DNA of 64,000 nt from positions 1-64,000 of the forward strand of contig CAXHJY010000796.1 in assembly GCA_964016885.1 (NCBI GenBank). The letters run 5' to 3'. The position numbers and the translations under genes are program-made. Below the pieces are notes generated by a model. The model had not been told where the DNA came from, searched no databases, and saw nothing but the letters and a program-made list of their open reading frames with translations. This document shows positions 29,200-42,871 of the stretch, one piece after another (within the stretch, counting starts at the first letter, position 1; every line of letters begins with the position of its first letter). This DNA is from Eledone cirrhosa (lineage: Eukaryota).

Positions 29200-29760
29200 C
29201 AATAATTGTTTCTACTTTTGGCACATGGCCAGCAATTTGAAGGGGGAGGGAAAGTCGATTAAATGAACCCCAGTGTGTGACTGGTACTTTAAATATCGAC
29301 CCCATAAGGATGAAAGGCAAAGCTAATCTCGGCGGGATTTGAAATCAGAACGCAAACGGATGTAACACTATGCTACGAAGCAAGTTGTCCGACGCTCTAC
29401 CGATACTGCCAATCCACCGCCCTAATAGTACTAATACTACTAATAATAATTGATTCTACTTTTGGCACAAGGCCAGCAATTACCCAGTACATTACAGGTA
29501 CTTTATTTTATCGACCCTGTAAGGATGAATACTAATAATAATGATGGTTTCTTATATAGGTATAAGGCCAGTATTTTTTGGGGGGGAGGGGGGGGGAGTC
29601 GATTAAATCGACCGACCTCAGTGTATTACTGCTACTTTATTTTATCGACCCCGTAAGAGTGAAAAGCAAAGTTAACCTCGGCGAGATTTGAACTCAGATC
29701 ATAAAGGGCCGTAACTCTATACTACGAAGCACGACCCTCTACCGATACTGCCAATCCCCC
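29200..29760 (-). mobile_element. Cluster of SINE family A copies (29200-29425, partial 29445-29530, 29540-29760)
   Basis: Same core and head motifs as 7680-7865. Confidence 0.9.
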
Positions 29761-30122
29761 ACCACAATAGACTAAACGGTTCCCTTTACTAAACTGAGTT
29801 ACCGTATCGTGTTTAAGTAAATAATATGACTCTAGAAATATTGTAAATGGGGTTATGAAGAGTATTTGACAATCAGTATCAGTAAAACAGCTTAACGATA
29901 TTTTTGCCGTCATGTAGCCGTCATATGATCTATAATTTCTCACTTAGATATCTCACAGTGTACTTTACATAGAGAGAAAGGTGCTAAATCAGTTGTAACA
30001 AAATACTCGATATCAGACATTAAGCTTCGTTAGCAACTCATTTATGAACACTGCATCGAAAATAATGCTATGAAGCGAAGAGTACAACAAAAAGGGTGTA
30101 TATCACCAAACTAAATCATTAT

Positions 30123-30231
<109 letters not shown>

Positions 30232-30232
30232 T

Positions 30233-30530
30233 ACGATATTAATAAATGGAACTTTATAAAACCATATTTATTTCATTATACATATTTCAGGGATACCAAA
30301 TTAAATTATGGTATGCCTTCATCAGACAAAATACAATATATAACAGTTTTACAAATAAGCTTTGACGTACGCTTTTAAAATGCGACCATTATTTTTGGAG
30401 GCCATCTGATTTTATAAATATAGTTTCCATTTATTAATATCGTATATCCACTCCAAATACTTGTCGAGTGCTTTATATCAGTTATAAAAATATTTACTTG
30501 TTGTATCCCAACAATTTAAATAGAACTTTT
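30233..30530 (-). mobile_element. HHR-bearing element in (TA)n, family H2 (Penelope pLTR/retrozyme-like)
   Basis: Homologous along its length to 51353-51590. Contains an internal inverted copy of its own end at 30410-30446. Confidence 0.75.
30269..30333 (-). ncRNA. Type I hammerhead ribozyme motif
   Basis: Minus strand: tattttgt CTGATGA aggcatacca-taatttaatt-tggtatccct GAAA tatgta TA atgaaata; stems I and II pair. Confidence 0.75.
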
Positions 30531-30549
30531 GCATATATATATATATATA

Positions 30550-30628
<79 letters not shown>

Positions 30629-30684
30629 ATGTGTATATATATATATATACGTATATATATATATATATATACGTATGTATATAC

Positions 30685-30721
<37 letters not shown>

Positions 30722-30799
30722 TAGACAATGAATAACACAAACAAATCACTGGAGGCAAATTTACGCAGTTATATTAGATTCAGCCTTGGACACACTCAC

Positions 30800-30913
<114 letters not shown>

Positions 30914-30945
30914 ATAAACGTGCTGCGTGGTTGCTAATGGGTTAC

Positions 30946-31334
30946 ATATGAATAAAGTTAGTCCTTCATCAGTGATCTTCCAACCATCATTGGTATTTCA
31001 TCGCTTTAAAGACCATATACTTCCGGTTGGTGCGAGCAACGGCTAAGAAGAGTCGTTGCGACACGTAAATAAAGGGGACACGAGAGTGTAAACAAACAAA
31101 GATGGTGAAGCAACGAAAAGTGAATTTATATTCATGGAAATTTGGGACTTGACTCCTTCTTTCTCACTTTTCGTTGCTTCACCATCTTTGTTTGTTTACA
31201 CTCTCGTGTCCCCTTTATTTACGTGTCGCAACGACTTTTCTTAGCCGTTGCTCGCACCAACCGGAGGTATATGGTCTTTAAAGCGATGAAATACCAATGA
31301 TGGTTGGAAGATCACTGATGAAGGACTAACTTTA

Positions 31335-31341
<7 letters not shown>
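30946..31341. repeat. 178-bp near-perfect inverted repeat with 40-nt spacer
   Basis: 30946-31123 vs 31164-31341; two mismatches seen by eye. A diverged family member lies at 45612-45715. Confidence 0.95.
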
Positions 31342-31403
<62 letters not shown>

Positions 31404-31486
31404 TGTTTTATATCAGATGAAGCAATGACACATTTTTAAACATGGACATTTTATTTATCAAACTTAACTCCATTATTGCTATGATG

Positions 31487-31669
<183 letters not shown>

Positions 31670-31684
31670 TATGTACATATACAG

Positions 31685-31812
<128 letters not shown>

Positions 31813-32014
31813 TCATCATTATCATAGCAATAATGGAGTTATGTTTGATAAATAAAATATATAATAATAGCAATGTTTGTTCTTTCTTGTCATGAAGAAA
31901 AAAATTAGGATGAAAAGATGGGGCAGTCTGAATAGATTATTGAGATGTTTCTCTCTGATTGATTCCTGTATTGATTTAATTTATTTATCTGTCACATGAT
32001 TATTTATAGTATGA

Positions 32015-32494
32015 GAGAGGGATATAGAGGGGAAGAAAGAGGAGAAAGAGGAGAGAGATGGGAGAAGAAAGGGAGGTGAGAGAGAAGATAGGCGGGAGAG
32101 GAAAAGAGAGGTGAGAGGGGGAGAAGTGAAAGAGGAGGGAGCAAAGAGAGGAGAGAGAGGTGAGAGAGGAGAGAGAGGTGAGAGGTGAGAGAGAAGAGAT
32201 ATGTGTGTCAGGAAGTGACAGAGAGAGAGTGTGTGAGAGAGAGAGCGGTGAGAGATGAGAGAGGAGAGAGAGAGAAGAAATATGTGTGTCAGTAAGTGAC
32301 AGAGAGAGAGTGTGTGAGAGAGAGAGAGGTGAGAGGTGAGAGAGGAGAGAGAGAAGAGATATGTGTGTGTGTCAGGAAGTGACAGAGAGAGAGTGTGTGT
32401 GAGAGGGAGAGGGATGAGAGGTGAGAGAGGAGAGAGAGAAGAGATATGTGTGTGTCAGGAAGTGACAGAGAGTGTGAGAGAGAGAGAGGTGAGA

Positions 32495-32562
<68 letters not shown>

Positions 32563-32590
32563 GGTGAGAATGGAGAGTGTGAGAGACCGG
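32015..32590. repeat. GA-rich tract with repeated atatgtgtgtcaggaagtgacagagag units
   Basis: Four similar units between 32200 and 32470. Confidence 0.85.
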
Positions 32591-32659
32591 GCAGAATGAG
32601 TTATACCCACTTGAATTCCTCACACCCATCCCTTTGGCCCCAACACCGGGATCCGGTAA

Positions 32660-32880
32660 ATAACTAAATTTCAGGTATTGACTAAATGTATACTTGCGTT
32701 GGCTGCAATGAAGATCGCCGATGTCTCCAATCGCCGGTTGCCGTTTTCTTCTGCCAAATCGAGAAGAGGTTATCTCGCTTGAAGAAGGAACCCCACTTGG
32801 CAGAATGGCTGATGAAGCGGGTATCGCTGGCTGTTCTCAGTGATAATGTTTTCCACATCTTGTTCGCAGGGAGTATAGAA
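32660..32880 (+). pseudogene. Probable C-terminal relic of a CRE-like (restriction-like endonuclease) non-LTR retrotransposon ORF
   Basis: FFCQIEKRLSRLKKEPHLAEWLMKRVSLAVLSDNVFHIL resembles, from memory, the CRE-type end F+..+G.R+.....+P....FL.QR+S+A+QRGN...+L. The upstream part appears frameshifted. Confidence 0.5.
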
Positions 32881-34769
32881 TTTGCCTCCTACCATTTTCT
32901 TCCCTTCCACATTTTTCTATTATTTCTTTCTTTCATCCCCTTTTTCTTTCGTTATTTTTCATTCTTCCTGTTTGTAATTATATACAATTGAAAATGAAAT
33001 TTTGAATCAATAGAACATTTCTTTCTTTATTTGGCAAACCCTAATGGGATTGGAATTCAGATAATAAAACAGCGGGATTAGATACTGACATTGATTGGCA
33101 GACTGATTGATTTATTGGCTGACACATTGATTAATTAATTAATTGGGCTATAAACTGATCGATTTTAATATTTAAGAAAAGTTTATCGCAGTAAAGTAAG
33201 TTACGCTGGTATATGTCAATCGTTGTACCAACAGCGACCTATGCTTGCAAGACGTGGAACAAAAACAAACAAGAATCTACAGAAATGCCTATATCTCCCG
33301 TAAAAATTGCCTTAGAATCACCGTACGACGGCAGATGCTTGCATACGAGCTACGTATGGCCACTACGTAGGGACCAGTGAATGCCTTCCATGGATGGAAG
33401 CAAGAAGGAAGCAACACAGGTATGTCGAGACTTGGATGAGGTATTTCTAATAAGTAACACCTGGCAGACATGGCCTGGCCTTTCCTGTCCTGAGAGCAAA
33501 CCTGTGACCAAGCTTGCAACCGTACCGATGAGAGATCTCTCGCGTTTACCGATGCTCAATAAGGAGTGAAAGAAACTTCAATAGAATGTAGAAGAACGCA
33601 AGACACAAAACATAGTCGATAAATATGAGTTCACCTCACTTATGACTTTACATAGAACCTTTTAGAAAATTTATGAACTCACAAAATAACCCTTTTTTTT
33701 AATTCTAAACCACAAATATACTTATTAAATATTCTACTTTGAATATATATATTAAATATAGTTCATATACAGCTCTGCTGTTCGATTTCTTTAAATTTAA
33801 AACTAAAATTAAAAAATTCATAAAACGTTACAGTATATCTTTCATATAGATATTATATAAAAAGTTGAAATTATTATACTGCTGAAATCCAATATATTCG
33901 ATATATTATTCATATATTCAAGAGAAAACTATTTCTGGTTAACGACTTTTCACGAGATACACAATTCAAAACACATGAATGCCTTTCGTTATAATGTTTA
34001 CATTCATCAGTAATATTCTCTGATATTCAGATATCATATTGAATATGGGACAGGATATTTATTTTGTAATATTCATATTAGTAATATATAATATGAAACA
34101 TTGTATAATACCCAACTAATTCTCAATTTTGAATCTCATATAAAGCTAACATGTTGCTTTCATATATTCTTTTATCCTGTAATTCTTTTAGTGGTTCCAA
34201 TCATTGGACTGTGACCATACTGGGGCAACGCCAACATTTAGTCAACCATATAGATCCCAGTACTTTATTATTTTTTTTATTTTTACAAGTCTAGTACTTA
34301 TATTCTGGAGCTATTTTTTTTTTTGTCGAACCAGTAAGTTAGAGAAAGTAAAGAGAGACCCAGACAAACGTAATCATAGATACGAACGCAGGCGCACACG
34401 TGCATACACATACAAACATTCACACACACATACATACATACATACATACATACATACATACATACATACATACATACATACATACATACATAGGAGAACC
34501 CCCACCGATGTGCTGAACGAGTGTGACTTTTTAGTTCAGCCAGCGACGTGAAAACTCTGGTACAAACACTACACTTGTGACAATTACTGACACATAGTGC
34601 TGGGCCCATGGTACCATGTGATGACAAGTGCAGAAAGATCTCCAGTTATAAAGCAATGCCTGTGCCGTGAAGCTTTTATAGTGAGCAAAGGCACTGCACA
34701 AAGCCAGTCCCACACTCTTAACCAAGATGATATTTACCAAAAAGAAGAACAAGTCAACATCATTGGATA

Positions 34770-34980
34770 CCATCAGGGTTGCAGGTGTTATATCAGAGTT
34801 TTTCTTCTCCTAGAATTCTGCCTTGACAAAGGCTAAGGCGTCATCTCTCCCGGTGATTTTGGATGGCCATTGACTCTTAAGAGATCCTTTGCCCTTTGAC
34901 AGGTTTTGTTTTTAGTCTTGCAGGATGTCCAAAGTCACCCTCCTCACCAAGAAACCTTGGTGGGGTCGCCAACGATCCGA
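34770..34980 (-). mobile_element. Possible RTE-type 5'UTR relic
   Basis: gagtttttcttctcctag....tgccttgacaaaggct resembles the antisense of RTE 5'UTR segments; recalled similarity only. Confidence 0.35.
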
Positions 34981-35320
34981 CCATGAGACATACATACATA
35001 CATTCATACATACATAAATACATACAAGCATGCATATATACATATATGATGGCTGCAAACTCTAAGAGTATTGCAATCGCTTGTCAGATTACAGAAAATG
35101 GTGCATTTTTAGGCTACGGCCAGCCACACGTACCTGTAACATAATCTGAACAAGCAATGCCTGTGCTTTGAAGGTTTTTTAAGTGAGGAAAGCTTTTTCA
35201 CTCGACCAATCCCACTCTCTGAGCAACGAAAACACTACCCGAAAAGGATACATACATACATACATACAAAAATACATACATACATACATACATACATACA
35301 TACATACATACATACATACA

Positions 35321-35351
<31 letters not shown>

Positions 35352-35354
35352 GAG

Positions 35355-35520
35355 GGACTTCTGGAGTTTCCATCTACCAAGTTCTACTCACAATGCTTTG
35401 CTCAACATTAGGCCGTGGTAAAAGACACTTGCTAAAGTCTCACGCAGAGGAACAGAGTCTTCGAATCCAAACCCTGATTCACGTGATTCCGTAGCATATT
35501 CTTTAACCACAAAGCTATGG
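35355..35520 (-). mobile_element. tRNA-derived SINE family C (degenerate); relatives at 21100-21180 and 40284-40385
   Basis: aagacacttgc..aag..c.cgcag.gg...gaa....ctttaaccac motif shared by the three. Confidence 0.65.
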
Positions 35521-35748
35521 TAACGCCTAGAATATTTTCTTTTTAGACATGAGTTGTGAAGAAGTAATCCCTTTAGTAATTGCATCAATGAACTTGAAAT
35601 GTTTATAGCTTGTAAGAGGGTCAAAGGAGAAAGAAATACAATGGTGGTTATTTGAAAAGTTGTTTGAGCTGTCAGTTTTGTTTAAGCAATGCTTGTTTTA
35701 ATGTGTTTTGAGATTCTTCGAAACGTACGTAACAACCAGATAAATCAG

Positions 35749-35788
<40 letters not shown>

Positions 35789-35825
35789 CTGATTTATCTG
35801 GTTGTTACGTACATATATATATATA

Positions 35826-35938
<113 letters not shown>

Positions 35939-36030
35939 TAAAATAACAGATTAAAGTTTAAGCAAATTTATATATATATATATACATACGTATATACACA
36001 CACACACGCACACACACATACACCCCCCCC

Positions 36031-36063
<33 letters not shown>

Positions 36064-36384
36064 GTAGTTAAATAATGTTCTTTTCAGTTTTATTGTTCAA
36101 TTAAATCAATATTTCGGAGATATAGAATCAAATCAATTAAAATCTAAGATATTTGTTCAGCATATATCCTTATGATGTTGTGATTGAATATGCAAAGTAC
36201 ATAAAGGTACCTAGTGCTATCTTTGATACCAACTTGCCGCAAACCGCCCCAAGCCGCTCAAAACCGCCTTTGCTTCTGTGAAACAAAGCCACGTATTGTA
36301 AAAGGTTTCTATTAAAATGAAATATAAACAGCTTCGTATTATATGAAACCACGTTTTATATAACAGTTATGTTACATATAACAT

Positions 36385-36942
36385 TATAATAATTGTTTCT
36401 GCTTTTGGCGCAAGGCCAGCAATTATAACAGTACATTACTGGTACTTTATTTTATCGACCCCGTAAGGATGAAAGGCAAAGTTAACCTCAGCGAGATTTG
36501 AACTCACATCGTAAAGAGATGTAACTACGCTGGAAAGCATGTCTGACCCCTTACCAATACTGCCAATATAATAATGAAATAAATAATAATTGTTTCTACT
36601 TTTGGCACAAGGCCAGCATATTACCAGTGTATTACTGGTACTTTATTTTATCGACCCCCGTAAGCATGAAAGGCAAAGTTAACCTCGGCGGGATTTGAAC
36701 TCAGAATTGCAAGGGCCGTAACTCTATGCGTCAAAGCATGGCGTAATAATTGTTTCTACTTTTGGCACAAGGCCAGCAATTATCCCAGTGTATTACTGGT
36801 ACTTTATTTTATCGACCCCCGTAAGGTTGAAAGGCAAAGTTAACCTCAGCGGGATTTGAACTCAGACCTTAAAGTGCCGTAACTCTTTGCTGCAAAGCAT
36901 GGCGTCCGACCCTCCGCCGATACTGCCAATCCACCGCCCTTG
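36385..36942 (-). mobile_element. Three tandem SINE family A copies
   Basis: aataattgtttct.cttttggc.caaggccagc starts at ~36388, ~36585 and ~36746; the last copy is complete to the head at 36942. Confidence 0.93.
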
Positions 36943-37254
36943 AAATAAATAATAATGTTAGTCCCTTTCTACACCACCCCATCCGCCTGAAAAAGTTTTA
37001 TTAATTAATTAAGATGTGTGTATTTTGTTAAGGATATGGTCATGAAAGGGTTAAACTACCTTACAGGTGTTAAATGAGAAAAACCTGCCGAAAAAACTAC
37101 CTTGTATATCTGCGTTCTCTTTAAGTGAAATAATTCAAATTTGCGTTTTATTTTCTTCTCGGGACAGGAAATAACCTGAACGATCAAAGGAAGAAACTAA
37201 TCAGCTAGCGAACATGTTAGTAACGACTCATTAACTACAAACCAATTTCTAACA

Positions 37255-37527
37255 CTACCACCATAACCACTACCGCAACCACCGCCGCAACCACCACCAC
37301 CACCACCACAACCATCGCCGCAACCATCACAGCCACCACCACCACGACCATCATCCAACCACCACGATAACCACCACCACCACAACCATCATCCCATCAT
37401 CCAACCACCACCATAACCACCACCACCACCACAACCATCACCGCAACCACCACCATAACCACTACCGCAACCACCACCGCAACCACCACTACAACCACCA
37501 CCGCAACCACCACAACCACCACCACCA
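37255..37527. repeat. Degenerate (ACC)n repeat
   Basis: Directly visible. Confidence 0.9.
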
Positions 37528-38016
37528 TTTCACTCCCCATAAAAGTCGACACGACATTAGAAAGCTAGGGACCATAAATTACGCGAGGACAAACGATTTG
37601 CAAGCACGGCGGAAAAATATAACACATTTTAAAGATTTGCACACTTACATTTACGACAGACAGAAAAAAAAACAGAGCCGCTACATAGTTACCTGGTTTG
37701 CTAGAAAAACCAGTCAAATCTCATTCACATAACAAATTTGAAAGGTTACATGTCTGATCATCGTTCGATAGGTTTTCCCCCATATTTTAAAGAGTGACGA
37801 ATAGTGCAGTTTATAACAGTGATCGCCTCCCGATTTACATTGCGTTTCTCCATATTATATTTATACATACATACACACACACACGCACATATATATATAT
37901 ATACGTGATATCATACTCTGCTCTACGAAAGCATTGAGTGCTCATACGGCTTACCCCATACGGACGCTTTAAGCATCCAACACCAATTATATATATACAT
38001 ATATTATATTATATAA

Positions 38017-38210
38017 GGGGCGGTGAATTGGCAGTATCGGTAGAGGGTCGGACGCCATGCTTTGACGCATAGAGTTACGGCCCTTGCCATTCTGAGTTCA
38101 AATCCCGCCGAGGTTAACTTTGCCTTTCATCCTTACGGGGTCGATAAAATAAAGTACCAGTAATGTACTGGGTTATTTGCTGGCCTTGTGCCAATAGTAG
38201 AAACAATTAT
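38017..38210 (+). mobile_element. Full-length tRNA-derived SINE family A
   Basis: ggggcggtgaattggcagtatcggtag (A box), gagttcaaatcc (B box), core, then tail gtagaaacaattat; sits in TA-rich sequence. Confidence 0.95.
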
Positions 38211-38488
38211 ATTATATATATATATATAGTAATAATATAAATTTCAAGACTAAAATCCAAGGAGGGCTCGATAAGGATAAATACATACAGATGTGAGAAA
38301 AACCACAGACCCTCCATCTCAACTCTACTTTTGAAAAGCAGAAGAACTGCGAAACTGGTAAAGGAACCAAATAAATCTATATATTTTTTAAAAAATAATA
38401 CTCCAGTTGCATTTTCGATTTCATCTCTTTTTCTTTATACTTTCACTCGTGTAGGACACCTCGGTTATTTTTCATTTTGTAAAAAAAA

Positions 38489-38752
<264 letters not shown>

Positions 38753-38790
38753 TCTCTAGCTGTGTCATTCTCGATAAAAGCACTGGATAT

Positions 38791-38833
38791 GTAGTCCTGA
38801 AGATTTCTAACAAGAATGAAACGCGTAGATTAC
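38791..38833 (+). ncRNA. Type I minimal hammerhead ribozyme, copy 1
   Basis: gtagtc CTGAAGA t-ttct-aaca-agaa-t GAAA CGCG TA gattac; predicted cleavage after GUA 38827. Enclosed by a perfect 16-bp stem, 38767-38782/38840-38855. Confidence 0.88.
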
Positions 38834-39100
38834 TTCCCTTGCTTTTATCGAGAATCTAATTGTAATACGTGACGTATTCTATTCTATAGCGATTAGGTCT
38901 TCAAAATGTTTATTATAAACATACAGAATATTTTCGAATATTCTATGTCTATATTCACATATATATCGCTATTTCAGAGCATTTATTCCAATTTCTAATT
39001 TCTGCCGGACCGGCAACCGCTCTTTCAAACCAGTTCCTGTACACAGCTAAGTATTCTATAAGTCTCTAGCTGTGTCATTCTCGATAAAAGCACTGGATAT

Positions 39101-39143
39101 GTAGTCCTGAAGATTTCTAACAAGAATGAAACGCGTAGATTAC
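39101..39143 (+). ncRNA. Type I minimal hammerhead ribozyme, copy 2
   Basis: Identical to copy 1; predicted cleavage after 39137. Confidence 0.88.
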
Positions 39144-39733
39144 TTCCCTTGCTTTTATCGAGAATCTAATTGTAATACGTGACGTATTCTATTCTATAGC
39201 GATTAGGTCTTCAAAATGTTTATTATAAACATACAGAATATTTTCGAATATTCTATGTCTATATTCACATATATATCGCTATTTCAGAGCATTTATTCCA
39301 ATTTATATATATATATATATATATATACATATATATGGAGTGGGGACCGTGTGTGTGTAAGTGTGTGCTTGTGTACATGTGTGTGTGTGTACATGTGTGT
39401 GTGTGTGTGTGTGTTTGTGTGTGTGTGCACGAAAAGAAATATTTATCAATCGTAATAATGACTATTTTCTATAGGTTAATTTGTAGCGTGTTAATTTTCA
39501 ATTGTTGACAATATACAAGGTGAATATTGAACTTCAATCAAATCAATGGATTATAAATATATTCTTTTTCTCTTTATTTACGAAGGACGGAGGTGCTTTA
39601 GCTGAGAAGTGAGAAATCGATATTGAATATATATTCATAATGGGATAAACAACTAAAATGATTAACCATAGTGTACAATTTCGAGATAAACTTTGCTCTC
39701 TTCTCTCAGGCTTACTCTTTCTCTTCCCTTCTA

Positions 39734-39764
<31 letters not shown>

Positions 39765-39971
39765 TCACCTTTCTCTCTCTCTCTCTCTGTCTCTCTCTCT
39801 TTCTCTTCACCTTTCTCTAGCTTCCACCCTCTCCCTCGCTCTCGCTCTCGCTCTCTCAACCTTAAAATATATACACATATATGTATATAATTATGTATGA
39901 ATGTGTATAAGTATGATTATATATACATATATGCATGTAAATATTTATTAAGATATATATATGAATATATT

Positions 39972-40058
<87 letters not shown>

Positions 40059-41553
40059 TCAGGTATCACATCGAAGCTGAAGCTGCAATAGAGCAACACC
40101 AGTCGAATTATTTGAGGTGGTCTCTAAATACTCAATGATGCGAGAAATGTATTAATTCTTTCATCAGAGTGAGCACATTAAGTTATACGGGGAAAAACTA
40201 TGAATAATATATAGACCACCTATGCTGCCACAGCATATATCAACAACAAAGATGGCGAATACCATAAGAGAAGAGAAATTCCACTAAGAAGTTATTGGTA
40301 AACTCGAACACGATTGCGCAAGGTGTGCCGCAGTGGGGTTGAACAGAGAACTAAGTGGTTGCAAAACGAACTCCTTAACAACATACCAGTTCTTCTTCTT
40401 CTTCTTCTTCTTCTTCTTCTTCTTCTTCTTCTTCTTCTTCTTCTTCTTCTTCTTCTTCTTCTTCTTCTTCTTCTTCTTCTTCTTCTTTGCCACATATTCC
40501 TGGGAGGGTCATTCTTCTTCTTCTACGACTATATATAAAAAAATGTAAAATTAGTCTCTTACTGAAAATTTGTCTTAAATCATCAGTGATGTTTTGAGCA
40601 TTGGGTATGGGACTACAACGTTGTCTGCCGAGCTGTTTGGGCTGCAATTAAGGTGTAGATTAAATCGATTGATCAGTCACGAAGTGTCAATTAGTCTATT
40701 GTTATTTAAGTGAGATTTACGACTAACTAAATACATCTCTGCTTTAGCTATAGCAAAGAGACCCCCAGAGAAAAACACTGCCATAAACAATATTGACTTA
40801 CTAGTAAGCTTAATTTAATTTTAATTGTTCTAACTTCCATCACTTGCCATGTTTAGCCTTAGACAAATGCCATTGGTTTTAGCAGTCGAGATATATACAT
40901 ATTTACATACACATAGACGCACAAATATATACATACATATATATATACACACACACACAATCACACACATATATATATGTATGTATATTTGTGTATGTGT
41001 GTATATATTAACACATGCATTGAGAGTATCTAACTGGCAATAAAAATATAATATGTAACAGCTGAGTTTCACTTCGGGTTTTATGATTAGTCAGGTAGGA
41101 AACTAACCCTTTCCTACACACACATACGCATAACACTCTCTCAGACATACATACATACATACATACATACATACATACATACATACATACATACATACAT
41201 ACATACATACATACATACATACATACGCATACGTATCCCACTTGCTAATTATAGATGGCCAAAGAGACAATATAAAAAGAATAAACTGAAGTATCTGGTA
41301 CAAAAGGAGACAGATAGGGCCTACATTTTCAATGAGAAGGTCACAGCAGTTGTGTTGTAAGATCTTTCACAATTAAATAACCATCATGCTGTTAAATCGA
41401 CCAATGAAGGGACTAGTTACCGAAATAATTAAATAAACTGAAGTAAATCTCATTCGGGGAGTGAGTTGGCAGTATGACCCTCCCAAGCTATAACAATATA
41501 TGTTTCAACACACGATATCACATCAACAACTTTGCAAAATAAATTAAAAACGA

Positions 41554-41648
<95 letters not shown>

Positions 41649-41794
41649 GAAAAGTATAGAAATTATTGTAGCAAGAAGCCAACAGTATTCCATAATATAT
41701 AATATATATATATATATATACATGTTGTGTTAGTTAATTCCGAAAAAAAAGCAAAGGAAAAAAGAGTGCTCTATGTATAGAACAGAGCTATTTA

Positions 41795-41952
41795 ATTAGA
41801 AAGTGAAGAACACAAAATATAACTCCATTACCAAAGGTTTCTGGAGGTCAGACAATATTAATATACGTCTGGATTGGTCATCAGACCGAGATGTTGTGGA
41901 TAGAAACGTTTGGTAATGGAGTAGTTATATTTTGTGTTGTTCACTTTCTAAT
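41795..41952. repeat. ~48-bp inverted repeat with HHR-like remnant
   Basis: 41795-41842 vs 41902-41952. The minus strand has CTGATGA (41878-41884)...GAAA cctttgg TA atggag. Confidence 0.75.
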
Positions 41953-42684
41953 AAACATACATACATACATATATATATACATACATATATATACATATAT
42001 GCCCGAAACGTCGTCCTCCACCTACCCCCCACTCTCCTGAGCGTGAATTTAATAAACATTTATCGTACTGCCTCTCTGTTCTGTCCCTGTTCAATTTTTC
42101 ATTATATATATATATATATATATATATAGTTAATGAGTTCACGTGAGTACGAAACTGATTGCGAAGTTGATAATGACGGTTTCCAGTCTTCAGAGATTCT
42201 CATCTTGCCAATTAGATGTTGTGTTGTGAAAGCTATAATTAATGTCAGTCGGTTTTCATTAAATGTACGTAACGGCATGTTTAACGCGTGTCTACGCTTA
42301 ATTCAATGACCACGTGATGAGCATTGTAAACCTTGAAGAGGATAGAGACAGACTCGAAATGTTTGAATATCTGCTTCCCGATTAAGGCAGTGATGTCAAG
42401 TTAGAATATCGGATAGAATACTTCACATTAGTGAGTACGGCTCTCTGCGTTCTATGGTTTCAAATCTAGCATAGGTCAAGCTTGCATTTCATATTTTTTA
42501 GGTCGATAAACAAACCACAATACTGGTGTCGATTCTTATTCGGTATTAATTTCATGCACCCCGTCATTCTCTTCTAAATTTAAGGAGTATGCTCTGAATC
42601 AAACAATTCATTTCTTGTATCATTCAGTAGGTAAATGACTACCGTTGTGCAAATGTAACTTCAATAAATTCCTTAAAATATACA

Positions 42685-42809
<125 letters not shown>

Positions 42810-42871
42810 TCCGGGTTCAATAGGAGGTAACAAGAGTAAGTAAGGTATTCAGTACATAGCAGAATATAAAT

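Noticed and set aside
31283-31341. Complete hammerhead around CTGATGA in the 178-bp IR
   Set aside because: No stem II-GAAA follows, and the upstream GAAA is not conserved in the 45.7-kb relative.
38017-38110. tRNA gene
   Set aside because: The A/B boxes belong to a multi-copy SINE head with an expanded middle; no canonical cloverleaf.
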